The position numbers and the translations under genes are program-made. A DNA stretch of 43,985 bases, taken from the NCBI GenBank assembly GCA_028279155.1, contig JANQST010000344.1, positions 1 through 43,985 on the forward strand. Reading direction: 5' to 3'. The stretch's first letter is position 1. Every line of letters starts with the position of its first letter. A model generated the notes under the pieces. That model saw nothing but the letters and a program-made list of their open reading frames with translations, was not told the origin of the DNA and made no database searches. Origin of the DNA: Cyclobacteriaceae bacterium. GTDB lineage: Bacteria > Bacteroidota > Bacteroidia > Cytophagales > Cyclobacteriaceae. Shown here piece by piece: positions 17,086 through 25,684 of the stretch.

Positions 17086-17952
17086 ATGAAAAAATCGAGT
17101 TTAATAATTCTCCTTATTCTACCTTTTCTAACTTTTGCAGGAGGTGGCTGGACGAAAAAGAAGGGAACTGGTTACTACAAGCTTACCCAATGGTGGGTAG
17201 TATCGGACAAACACTATACCTCCACAGGTGGTACTGATCCCAATGTGACAACTGGCACATTTAACACCTCACTATATGCGGAATATGGTATCACTGATAA
17301 ATTGACTGGAATCGTCTATTTTCCGTTCTTCAGTCGAACGTTTCAGAATGATATTGTCTCAGCGACCACAGGTCAAGTAACGACCGAAGGGGAATCGATC
17401 AATTCTATCGGAGATACGGATATTGGTGTTAAGTACGGAATCAGCAAACCTGGGAGCAAATTTGTTTTGGCAGGAAGTGCTTTCCTGGGTATTCCGCTGG
17501 GAAATGATTCTGGTGGCAGTGATGGTTCATTACAAACAGGCGATGGCGAGTTCAACCAAATGATCCGGTTTGACCTCAGCAGATCCGCGTCTTTTGGAAA
17601 GATAAATGCATACGCTAATGTCTATACTGGTTTTAATAATCGGACAAAGAACTTTTCCGATGAGTTCAGGTTTGGTGGCGAAATTGGAGCCGGCTTCCTC
17701 AATAACAAACTATGGTTAATCTATAGACTTGATATTGTTGAATCTCTAATGAACGGGCTCTCTTCTGCCGAAGGAAGTCAAGGGGTAACCCTTTTCGCAA
17801 ACAACACAGAATTTGCAGCGTACGGTTATGAGGCAGCATTTTTCATTACTGACAAACTAGGAATTTCAGCTTCATATACCTCTGCTTTTAGTGGACGACT
17901 CATATTTGCGAGTCCCTCCTATTCTGTTGGGGTATTTCTGGACCTGAAATAA
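17086..17952 (+). CDS. Putative outer-membrane beta-barrel protein
   Basis: Signal peptide (..LTFA/GG), amphipathic beta strands, YAEYGITD, IGDTDIG, C-terminal YSVGVFLDL. Confidence 0.65.
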   Translation: MKKSSLIILLILPFLTFAGGGWTKKKGTGYYKLTQWWVVSDKHYTSTGGTDPNVTTGTFNTSLYAEYGITDKLTGIVYFPFFSRTFQNDIVSATTGQVTTEGESINSIGDTDIGVKYGISKPGSKFVLAGSAFLGIPLGNDSGGSDGSLQTGDGEFNQMIRFDLSRSASFGKINAYANVYTGFNNRTKNFSDEFRFGGEIGAGFLNNKLWLIYRLDIVESLMNGLSSAEGSQGVTLFANNTEFAAYGYEAAFFITDKLGISASYTSAFSGRLIFASPSYSVGVFLDLK

Positions 17953-18105
17953 AAAGCTCCGACAAACAGCTATCAAACCTCTTATCAGAAGGATTTTGAG
18001 TCAGTCAGTGCCGTCAATGATCCCCAGCTGGGGCGTGATTTAATGCACCGAACAAACCCAATTTTGGATACATTCTCAGATTTGTATAGTGTTCTTGCCG
18101 GAGCA
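17951..18105 (-). ncRNA. ssrS: 6S RNA-like rod with central bubble
   Basis: Minus strand folds by hand: GCUCCGGCAA/UUGUCGGAGC, ACACUAU/AUAGCUGU, CAAAUCU/AGGUUUG, central bubble of about 16-17 nt per side, UGGGUU/GACUCA, CGGUGC/GCACUG, apical CCCC-AGCU-GGGG; U tail; TAAATTCG promoter at 18109-18116. Confidence 0.75.
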
Positions 18106-18145
18106 TGGCGAATTTAAGAATTTAATATTTATTGGAAACCAGCAC

Positions 18146-20512
18146 CTACTCCGATCGCAAGGTTTCAGCCGGATTGATGCGTGCCTTGCCGTTTGTTCTT
18201 AAAAAGATGATCGCTAAGATGAGAGTTAATCCGCCGATTCCTGCAATCAAAAATGGAGTTACTCCAATGTCAATACGATAAGCAAATGATTCCAACCACT
18301 GTGTCGTCACAAACCAGGCTATTGGCGTTCCTATAATGAATGAAACCACTGCTAGCCTGCTAAATTCAGTTGAGAACATTTTTAGAATTTGTCCAACAGA
18401 AGCTCCCAACACTTTGCGAATTCCAATTTCTTTTACCCTGCGGTCCAGCTGGTAACTGATCAAGCCGGCAAACCCCAGGAAGGCAATGAATATCGAAAGT
18501 GAAGTGAAAATAGTAATGATCTGACCTAATGTTTTTTCAGAATTGAATAGTTCATTGAACTGCTGATCAAAGAAATAATATTCGAACGGTTCACTGGTAA
18601 ATCCTGCCCAAACTTCCTCAACATCATTTACAGCTCTTGCAGCGCTGATTCGCAAATTGAACTGATTCCCCCAATTGCGATAGAAAAACCCTGCTGGCTC
18701 TATTTGTTTGCTAAAATTCTGAAAGTGAAAATCTTTTACAACTCCGATAACTCTCACCCGCTCACCCAGAAAGTAAGCATTGAATTCTTTGCCAATAGCG
18801 TCTCCGCCCAATTCCTTAGCAAAGCTTTCGTTTACAACAATTGCTGCGGTATCTGAAGCGATGGTAGCATCAAAGTTTCTTCCTTGCAATACCTCGAATC
18901 CCATGGTAGGCACAAAATTGGCATCCACGTATTTGTAATATAGCTGTACGTAATCTTCAGTACCATCTAAACGCAGCATTCCTGTAATCGCCAATTGATC
19001 AATCATACTGTAACGATTGAGAGAAGCTTCGGAGACAGAGGATAACGCTCTTAACTCATTTAAAAAAGCTTCTTCACTCCCATCCAATTGATTTTTGGAA
19101 TTGTCAACAACCATCACTTGCTCCCTATCAAAACCAAGGTCTTTCCCTAGTCCATAATTCAATTGTTGACTTATAAAAATGGAGAAAATGGCCAATGACA
19201 ATGAGATTGAAAATTGAAAAACAACCAACACATTTCTAGCAAAACTCTTCCCTTTGACGGAGGTGTAGTTGCCTTTTAGAACCAAAGCCGGAGCAAAGCC
19301 AGACAAAAAGAAAGCTGGATAGGCACCCGCTCCCAATCCGGTAAGGATGCTAATCGCAAGCATAAGTAGTAGCAGCGGCTTAAACGCCAAAACATCCACA
19401 TTGAAAGCTGAAAACCCAATAGATGTCATGAATTCCAATGCAAAGGCTGCCAGAAGTATACCAATCATCCAGCTGAAAAGTGCCAGAAAAAGAGATTCTG
19501 AAAGCAGTCCTGTAATTAAATTAGTCCGGACCGAGCCCAGAACTTTTCTCATCCCAATCTCCTTTGCACGTTTTGAAGCTTGTGCGGTTGACAGGTTCAC
19601 ATAATTGATGGCTGCCAAAACAATGATAAAGAGCGCAATGCCCATGAAAATTTGAAGGTACAATCGCTTGCCTGGAGGTGATGCTTCGAACAATAAGGTG
19701 CTGTCAAGATGAAGATCAGCAATGTTCATTATCAATGGCTGGTGCTTTTTGACCTCCTCAAAGTATTGATCAAAACTCAAGTTTTTTTCAAAAAGATCAT
19801 ACTGTCGTCTTGCAAAGATCCGGTTTGAATTTTCTTGAAACTGTTCTAATTCAAGTGGTTTTTCAGTTCTGAGAAAACAATAGCTTACTGTGTTTCTAAA
19901 GTCATCAAGATTTTTTTCTGCAGCTTCAGAGAACCGCGCCAAGATCGAATATTTTAAATATGAATTCAACGGTGGATCCTTAATTACACCTGTAATTGTG
20001 TAATCATCCGGGGCGCTACTGGAAGAAAGCTTAACTCTCAGTCCAACAGGATTTTCATTGCCAAATACTTTTTTTGATAAAGATTCGGTAATCACCAATG
20101 AATTTGGGTCTGCTAACGCAGCTCTGGAATTTCCATGAATTAACTCTTGCGGAAATACTTTGAAATAGTCCCTGGTTACATAATAAGTGTCATCTTCCAC
20201 AAATCCATCTCCATCGATCGTTAATGTTCCACTTGGAGTCGGCAGCATGCTTACCCAAGACTCAATCTCTGATGTATTCTCGATCAAATATTTAACATGA
20301 GCAGTAGATGAAAATCCAAAGGTTGGAGAACTCATTCTATAGATGTGTTCATACTCATTGTGATGTCGATCATAATTGTATTCCTGATAGACATAGATGG
20401 AGATGAGCAACGCAGCTGCAAAACCAACGGCCAGTCCTGAGATATTGATAAAAGCATATCCCTTATTTCGAGACAAGTTTCTAAGGAAAGAACGAAGATG
20501 ATTCTTAATCAT
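18146..20512 (-). CDS. ABC transporter permease, duplicated MacB/FtsX type (start re-assigned to ATG 20512)
   Basis: INISGLAVG, INYVNLSTAQASKRAKEIGMRKVLGS, RRVKEIGIRKVLGAS, NPAETLRSE. Confidence 0.93.
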   Translation of the reverse strand: MIKNHLRSFLRNLSRNKGYAFINISGLAVGFAAALLISIYVYQEYNYDRHHNEYEHIYRMSSPTFGFSSTAHVKYLIENTSEIESWVSMLPTPSGTLTIDGDGFVEDDTYYVTRDYFKVFPQELIHGNSRAALADPNSLVITESLSKKVFGNENPVGLRVKLSSSSAPDDYTITGVIKDPPLNSYLKYSILARFSEAAEKNLDDFRNTVSYCFLRTEKPLELEQFQENSNRIFARRQYDLFEKNLSFDQYFEEVKKHQPLIMNIADLHLDSTLLFEASPPGKRLYLQIFMGIALFIIVLAAINYVNLSTAQASKRAKEIGMRKVLGSVRTNLITGLLSESLFLALFSWMIGILLAAFALEFMTSIGFSAFNVDVLAFKPLLLLMLAISILTGLGAGAYPAFFLSGFAPALVLKGNYTSVKGKSFARNVLVVFQFSISLSLAIFSIFISQQLNYGLGKDLGFDREQVMVVDNSKNQLDGSEEAFLNELRALSSVSEASLNRYSMIDQLAITGMLRLDGTEDYVQLYYKYVDANFVPTMGFEVLQGRNFDATIASDTAAIVVNESFAKELGGDAIGKEFNAYFLGERVRVIGVVKDFHFQNFSKQIEPAGFFYRNWGNQFNLRISAARAVNDVEEVWAGFTSEPFEYYFFDQQFNELFNSEKTLGQIITIFTSLSIFIAFLGFAGLISYQLDRRVKEIGIRKVLGASVGQILKMFSTEFSRLAVVSFIIGTPIAWFVTTQWLESFAYRIDIGVTPFLIAGIGGLTLILAIIFLRTNGKARINPAETLRSE

Positions 20513-20616
20513 GTGAGTATCAGTTTGGAAGATTCTCAATTTATTAAGATCAATTGGGATAGGCAATATTTGAGCGACAAGGTGATTTTAACCAGAACCA
20601 AATTATTGCTTATAAA

Positions 20617-20771
20617 AAAGGGGTGTTTCAAAAGTCAGAATTAGGTAATAAATGTCACATTGAGTTTATCGAAATGTCTCTTTTGTATCTATGAAGAGGT
20701 TTCGATAAACCTGTCTGCCGACTAAGCAGGCTCAACCTGACAACCAAAAAAGGCTTTTGAAACACCCCTTT
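20617..20771. mobile_element. MITE-like element with 18-bp terminal inverted repeats containing a REP doublet
   Basis: AAAGGGGTGTTTCAAAAG (20617-20634) and CTTTTGAAACACCCCTTT (20754-20771) are perfect reverse complements; non-coding interior. Confidence 0.7.
20653..20742. repeat. Inverted REP-like pair, right arm interrupted by a 21-bp insert
   Basis: TGTCAcaTTGAGTTTATCGAAA pairs with TTTCGATAAA[CCTGTCTGCCGACTAAGCAGG]CTCAAccTGACA. Confidence 0.72.
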
Positions 20772-20789
20772 GCTACTCACATTGTTTTT

Positions 20790-21143
20790 TCAACCTTGGT
20801 AGTAAAACCGTTCATGAACGATTTGTCCATTTTCCCACTTTTGAACTCCTGTTTGCTCCATCAACACTCTATTTCCGTCTTTGAAAGTAACGTCCATAGA
20901 AGTTTCATGAAACACAACACCAGCTTCTTCATCAGATGCAATGTTCTTTACCTCCATTCCATGAAATTCCTGAATCATGTTAAGAAAGTTTACCTCGTGT
21001 TCTCTACAGGCTGCTTTTCCTTCTCTCGTGCCTTGAGGTTCAGTCATTACCACATTTTCTGCATAGTACTTGTCAAATGCATCAAGTAGTTTCCCTTGAC
21101 CTAGCATGTTGTAAATGTCTTGTGTTTTTTCTTTTAGTGTCAT
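20790..21143 (-). CDS. SnoaL-like / NTF2 family protein
   Basis: DAFDKYYAENVVMTEP, QKWENGQIVHERFYY; start at ATG 21143. Confidence 0.88.
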   Translation of the reverse strand: MTLKEKTQDIYNMLGQGKLLDAFDKYYAENVVMTEPQGTREGKAACREHEVNFLNMIQEFHGMEVKNIASDEEAGVVFHETSMDVTFKDGNRVLMEQTGVQKWENGQIVHERFYYQG

Positions 21144-21266
21144 AGCTCTCAATTTATATGTACCTACATACATTTATATCTCAACTTTAGTTCACTTTTA
21201 TCAATTCTCTTTTCAAAAAATTTCAATTATTTATCACCAACCATTTATCAGATCAGTCAACGCTTG

Positions 21267-21274
21267 TAGTTTTG
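21267..21274 (+). promoter_or_regulatory. -7 promoter element for tex
   Basis: TAGTTTTG 23 nt upstream of ATG 21298. Confidence 0.6.
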
Positions 21275-21297
21275 GCGATTCAAGATTCAAGGACTAA

Positions 21298-23625
21298 ATG
21301 ACACACGAAGATAAGATTGCTGAAGAGCTAGGAATTGGTGCCCACCAGGTGACTGCCACTGTTAAATTGCTAGATGAAGGAGCAACGGTTCCATTTATTT
21401 CACGCTATAGAAAAGAAGTGACGGGGAGTTTGGATGATGTCCAGGTGACTGCCATTCGAGATCGTGTTATTCAGCTTCGTGATCTTGATTCCAGACGAGA
21501 GGCAATTCTGAAATCTATCAAGGAGCAAGAGAAGTTGACCCCAGAATTAGAGAAAGAAATTTTAGCTGCAGAAACAATGGCAGCACTTGAAGACTTGTAT
21601 CTGCCTTATAAACCTAAGCGAAAGACAAGAGCAAGTGTAGCTCGAGAAAAGGGACTTGAGCCGCTCGCTGAGTTAATTTTTAAACAATCAGATGTGGATG
21701 TGGACAGTGAGGCTGCCAATTATGTCGATAGTGAAAAAGATGTGAATACGATGGAAGAAGCTCTTCAGGGAGCGAGGGATATCATAGCAGAAATGATTAA
21801 TGAGGATGCTCAGATTCGTGCGGAGATCAGGGACCTGTTTATGAAAAAGGGACTCATTTCATCTAAGGTGTTGAAAAGCAAAGAAGCTGAAGCTTCTAAG
21901 TTCAAAGACTATTTTGAGTGGAGTGAGCCAATTGATAAGGTTCCGTCACATCGCTTGCTTGCTATCCGCCGCGGTGAAAATGAGGGATTCCTAAGCATGG
22001 ACATTGCACCTGAAGAAGAAGTAGCGATCGATCTCATTGAGCGCCAGTTTATAAAGAGCAGAAATCAATCAGGGGAGCAAGTACAATTAGCAATTAAAGA
22101 TTGCTACAAGCGTCTGATGAAGGTCAGCATCGAAACAGAAGTTCGGGTCGCTACCAAGAAAAAGGCTGATGATGAAGCAATCCTGGTATTTGCTGAAAAC
22201 CTAAAGCAGCTTTTGATGGCAGCTCCATTAGGTCAGAAAGCGGTAATGGCCATTGATCCGGGTTTCAGAACAGGTTGCAAAGTTGTATGCCTTGATAAAC
22301 AAGGAAAGCTTCTGGAGTTTACCGCGATTTATCCCAATGAACCTCAAAAGGATGTAGTGAGAGCTGGCGAGACCATCAAACACATGGTCGAAAAACACTC
22401 CATCGAAGCAATAGCAATAGGTAATGGAACAGCAGGTCGGGAAACAGAACAATTCGTCAAAAAACTTGGGCTCCCAGCTTCTGTCATTGTTGCGGTAGTT
22501 AATGAAAGCGGCGCCTCTATTTACTCTGCTTCAGAGGCAGCTCGAGAAGAATTCCCTGATGAAGATGTAACCGTTCGTGGAGCAGTATCGATCGGAAGGA
22601 GAATGATGGATCCACTGGCAGAGCTGGTTAAAATAGATGCCAAGTCAATTGGAGTGGGGCAATATCAGCACGATGTGGATCAGACAGCTTTGAAACAATC
22701 CCTGGATGATGTGGTGATGAGTTGTGTAAATAATGTGGGGGTGGAGTTGAATACTGCAAGCAAACAATTACTTACATACGCTTCAGGATTGGGTCCTCAA
22801 ATTGCTGAAAACATAGTCAAGCACAGAAACGAGAACGGACCATTCAAATCTCGGGAAGCACTTAGGAAGGTTGCGAGATTGGGAGATAAGGCTTTTGAGC
22901 AGGCGGCGGGATTTCTCCGTATTCGCAGTGCTTCTAATCCACTTGATATGAGTGCCGTTCACCCGGAGCGTTATGACACAGTTGAGCAAATGGCTCAAGA
23001 TGCTGGTTGCTCTGTGAAAGACCTGATGAGCTCAGAAGAGCTTCGAAAAAAAATCAACTTGAACAACTATGTCAATGGTGATTTGGGGTTACCGACGTTG
23101 AAAGACATTATGAATGAGCTGGCGCGGCCTGGGCGAGATCCACGGGATCAATTTGAAGCAGTTGCATTTGCTGAAGGAGTCAACGAAATCAAAGATCTCA
23201 AATTGGGAATGACACTGCCAGGAGTTGTGACCAACATCACCAAGTTTGGCGCTTTCGTTGATGTTGGAGTTCATCAGGATGGATTGGTCCACATCAGTCA
23301 TTTGTCGGATTCATTTGTATCTGATCCGGCACAGGTGGTCAAACTTGGACAAAAAGTTCAGGTAAAAGTTTTGGAGGTGGATGTAGCAAGGAAAAGGATT
23401 TCATTATCGATGAAAGTGGGGGCAGAAACTTTTCGAAAAACCCAGAAACAAGTACAAAGCGACGGCAAGAGAAATAAGAATACCAAGCCGCAAGCTAAAA
23501 GCCACAAGCCACAAGACGGAGGTTCTAGATTAAAAAACATGGGCCAAAAGCCAAAACAGGAAGAACGCATTCCTGATGGGGATCTTCAAGCTAAGCTGGA
23601 AGCGTTAAAGGGGAAGTTTAAGTGA
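21298..23625 (+). CDS. tex: Tex family transcription accessory protein (YhgF) with S1 domain
   Basis: GATVPFISRYRKE, IDPGFRTGCK, SIGVGQYQHDV, S1 motif FGAFVDVGVHQDGLVHIS. Confidence 0.95.
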   Translation: MTHEDKIAEELGIGAHQVTATVKLLDEGATVPFISRYRKEVTGSLDDVQVTAIRDRVIQLRDLDSRREAILKSIKEQEKLTPELEKEILAAETMAALEDLYLPYKPKRKTRASVAREKGLEPLAELIFKQSDVDVDSEAANYVDSEKDVNTMEEALQGARDIIAEMINEDAQIRAEIRDLFMKKGLISSKVLKSKEAEASKFKDYFEWSEPIDKVPSHRLLAIRRGENEGFLSMDIAPEEEVAIDLIERQFIKSRNQSGEQVQLAIKDCYKRLMKVSIETEVRVATKKKADDEAILVFAENLKQLLMAAPLGQKAVMAIDPGFRTGCKVVCLDKQGKLLEFTAIYPNEPQKDVVRAGETIKHMVEKHSIEAIAIGNGTAGRETEQFVKKLGLPASVIVAVVNESGASIYSASEAAREEFPDEDVTVRGAVSIGRRMMDPLAELVKIDAKSIGVGQYQHDVDQTALKQSLDDVVMSCVNNVGVELNTASKQLLTYASGLGPQIAENIVKHRNENGPFKSREALRKVARLGDKAFEQAAGFLRIRSASNPLDMSAVHPERYDTVEQMAQDAGCSVKDLMSSEELRKKINLNNYVNGDLGLPTLKDIMNELARPGRDPRDQFEAVAFAEGVNEIKDLKLGMTLPGVVTNITKFGAFVDVGVHQDGLVHISHLSDSFVSDPAQVVKLGQKVQVKVLEVDVARKRISLSMKVGAETFRKTQKQVQSDGKRNKNTKPQAKSHKPQDGGSRLKNMGQKPKQEERIPDGDLQAKLEALKGKFK

Positions 23626-23730
23626 GTTAAAAACAGAAGTTGTAAAAAAGTCACATTTTTAATGTAGGGTATCATTCACTGGAATTGTAAATTCAACCAT
23701 CCAATTCTTGAAAAACTCGTTAGTACCCTA

Positions 23731-24684
23731 ATGCATTTGTATAAACCCCTCTTACTACTGCTTCTGTCCATTACATGTTTGCACGCACAGGAGCACTCAC
23801 AACCCAGCAGTTTCAATGAATATTTGGCCACAGCTGGTATCAAAGTTAAAAAAGAGACCATTGCAGAAAATTTAGGTTACTTCATCAATTATGAGGGCTA
23901 CTTCGTTAAGCCTGATGTCAACAACAAGAAAAACAAACTAAAATGGTTTGAGGGCTCCATAACTAACAAAAAAGGTGAGGTTTTTACCAACCTCCAGTTA
24001 AAATTTAATACGATCAACAATTCATTGTATGTTAAGGAAAATGACAAGTTTTATAAGCTATCTCAATTTCGCCTTTCGGAATTCACACTGGTCGACAATG
24101 GAAAGGAGCGAAGATTTAGCAAAGGATTTGTGATTCCACTTACCACGGGAATAAGTATGGAATTTGAGATGAAGGCTCCAGAATTTCTTAGGTTTCTTAT
24201 GGCCTATGAAAATTTTGATGAGCTTGAAATCGCATCTTTGACACTTGGAAGTCAGGACCAAATGGGAAGAATTGACATTGAAATCAACGAAAGTACTACC
24301 GTAGATATCAGTTCATTAAAAAGTTATCTTCTAAGTCGCGAGGGAATAAAAAATGTAAAAATGAATTCCGAATCCACTGACACTAATGCTAACACCTACT
24401 TTGAAGTACTAAAGGATTACGGAAATTTTAGCCTCTTGAAATGGAATTCCAAACGGTTGAGCACCACGGAAGTAGTTGCTCTGGCGAAAAATCCAAATGT
24501 TCAAGTTTTCAAAGAGGAAACCTACTACTTCTCCAATGACAATAATGAAATTTACAAATTCGTTTTTGCAAAAAAATCCATACAAAAGAGTTTAGAATTT
24601 GTTGGAGTCACGAAGACGCAAACACTCCCTTCTTTTCCTAACGAAAAGAAATTGTTGAATTGGCTGGATAAGCACGTGGAGTAG
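23731..24684 (+). CDS. Exported hypothetical protein
   Basis: 317-aa ORF with signal peptide (..CLHA/Q). Confidence 0.75.
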   Translation: MHLYKPLLLLLLSITCLHAQEHSQPSSFNEYLATAGIKVKKETIAENLGYFINYEGYFVKPDVNNKKNKLKWFEGSITNKKGEVFTNLQLKFNTINNSLYVKENDKFYKLSQFRLSEFTLVDNGKERRFSKGFVIPLTTGISMEFEMKAPEFLRFLMAYENFDELEIASLTLGSQDQMGRIDIEINESTTVDISSLKSYLLSREGIKNVKMNSESTDTNANTYFEVLKDYGNFSLLKWNSKRLSTTEVVALAKNPNVQVFKEETYYFSNDNNEIYKFVFAKKSIQKSLEFVGVTKTQTLPSFPNEKKLLNWLDKHVE

Positions 24685-24697
24685 TTATCAACTCCAA

Positions 24698-25138
24698 CTA
24701 CTTTTCTTTCAAAGCTTCCATCAACTGATCTTTCAGCTTACTGTTTTCTGAAATCAACGTCCCATAAACACCAATGGCCTGATCGATCAACCGATCTCGT
24801 TCAATCTTGGTTTCCGCTTGCTTTGCCCGAAGCAATAGTTCAATAGCATTCGCACTATTTCCATATTCTGCTTCTGGTTCATGGATAGTTGAAACTTCTG
24901 TGGAAGCTGTGGAGAAAAAAGACTCGTAATTCATATCATTCATTTCCAAGGTTAAAAATTTCCCTAAATCAAGGTGGAAATGATCAATTAGTTTGGTGTG
25001 GAAATCTGCCTTTGCTTGTGTTTCGTAGAAGTATCCTGCCACTTTTCCACGCTTGACACCCATCAAATCGGCCAATTTTTGTTGACTCAGGCCCATTCTT
25101 TTGCACAAGAATTTCAGATTGTGATTAAAGGTACTCAA
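24698..25138 (-). CDS. XRE-family helix-turn-helix transcriptional regulator
   Basis: NLKFL...LSQQKLADLMGVKRGKVAGY HTH_3 pattern; TTG start; coiled-coil tail. Confidence 0.85.
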   Translation of the reverse strand: MSTFNHNLKFLCKRMGLSQQKLADLMGVKRGKVAGYFYETQAKADFHTKLIDHFHLDLGKFLTLEMNDMNYESFFSTASTEVSTIHEPEAEYGNSANAIELLLRAKQAETKIERDRLIDQAIGVYGTLISENSKLKDQLMEALKEK

Positions 25139-25189
25139 TTGTAGATAATTGGTAGTTTATTGTTTGTTATTGTAGTAATTATCTACAAT
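25138..25189. promoter_or_regulatory. Paired operators between divergent HTH genes
   Basis: ATTGTAGATAATT (25138-25150) and AATTATCTACAAT (25177-25189) form a perfect inverted repeat; 25169-25189 is itself ATTGTAG-N7-CTACAAT. Confidence 0.65.
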
Positions 25190-25214
25190 ATTTGTCTAAG
25201 TCTCTTAGACAAAT

Positions 25215-25433
25215 ATGCTTAAAACACTGGTAAATATCCATGACTTAGTCGAGTCCGATTTCAGAGAAATACAAAAGTTGATTTCAAAAAAATTCGGAAA
25301 AGAATACACCGTTGGATATATCAGAAAGGTATGTAAAGGCCTAAGACACAACACTAAGATTATAGCCATGTCAAAAGATTATCTCGAGGTAAGAAAAGAG
25401 ATGAGATCAAAAATTGACAAGTTATCAAATTAG
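25215..25433 (+). CDS. Small basic Cro-like putative DNA-binding protein
   Basis: 72 aa, Lys/Arg-rich, YTVGYIRKVCKGLRHNTKI resembles an HTH recognition helix; divergent from the XRE gene. Confidence 0.6.
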   Translation: MLKTLVNIHDLVESDFREIQKLISKKFGKEYTVGYIRKVCKGLRHNTKIIAMSKDYLEVRKEMRSKIDKLSN

Positions 25434-25440
25434 TGTACAA

Positions 25441-25677
25441 ATGACCAATCCATTGAATCAATTCGAGTCCGAGCAAAAAATGCTCGCCGAATTAAAAGAT
25501 CTTTTTCAGTTTGTTTCACCAAGAACCCTCCGACGGAACCTGGTGGATCTGTATTTTCTTTATATGTCCTCAGCAGAGGAACCGGATCTTCCCAATCAGA
25601 AAAATTTCTCCACCAATTTCTATTATCTCATCAATTTTCTAAATGAAATGGATGAACTCACGAAAGAGAAAAAGTAG
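25441..25677 (+). CDS. Small helical hypothetical protein
   Basis: ATG 25441, 7 nt after the upstream stop; 78 aa. Confidence 0.65.
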   Translation: MTNPLNQFESEQKMLAELKDLFQFVSPRTLRRNLVDLYFLYMSSAEEPDLPNQKNFSTNFYYLINFLNEMDELTKEKK

Positions 25678-25684
25678 ATCAATT

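Noticed and set aside
20757-21089. 110-aa plus-strand ORF
   Set aside because: Shadow of the SnoaL-like gene, starting within the MITE TIR.
24698-25677. Intact prophage
   Set aside because: No integrase, replication, structural or lysis genes; flanked by ordinary host genes.
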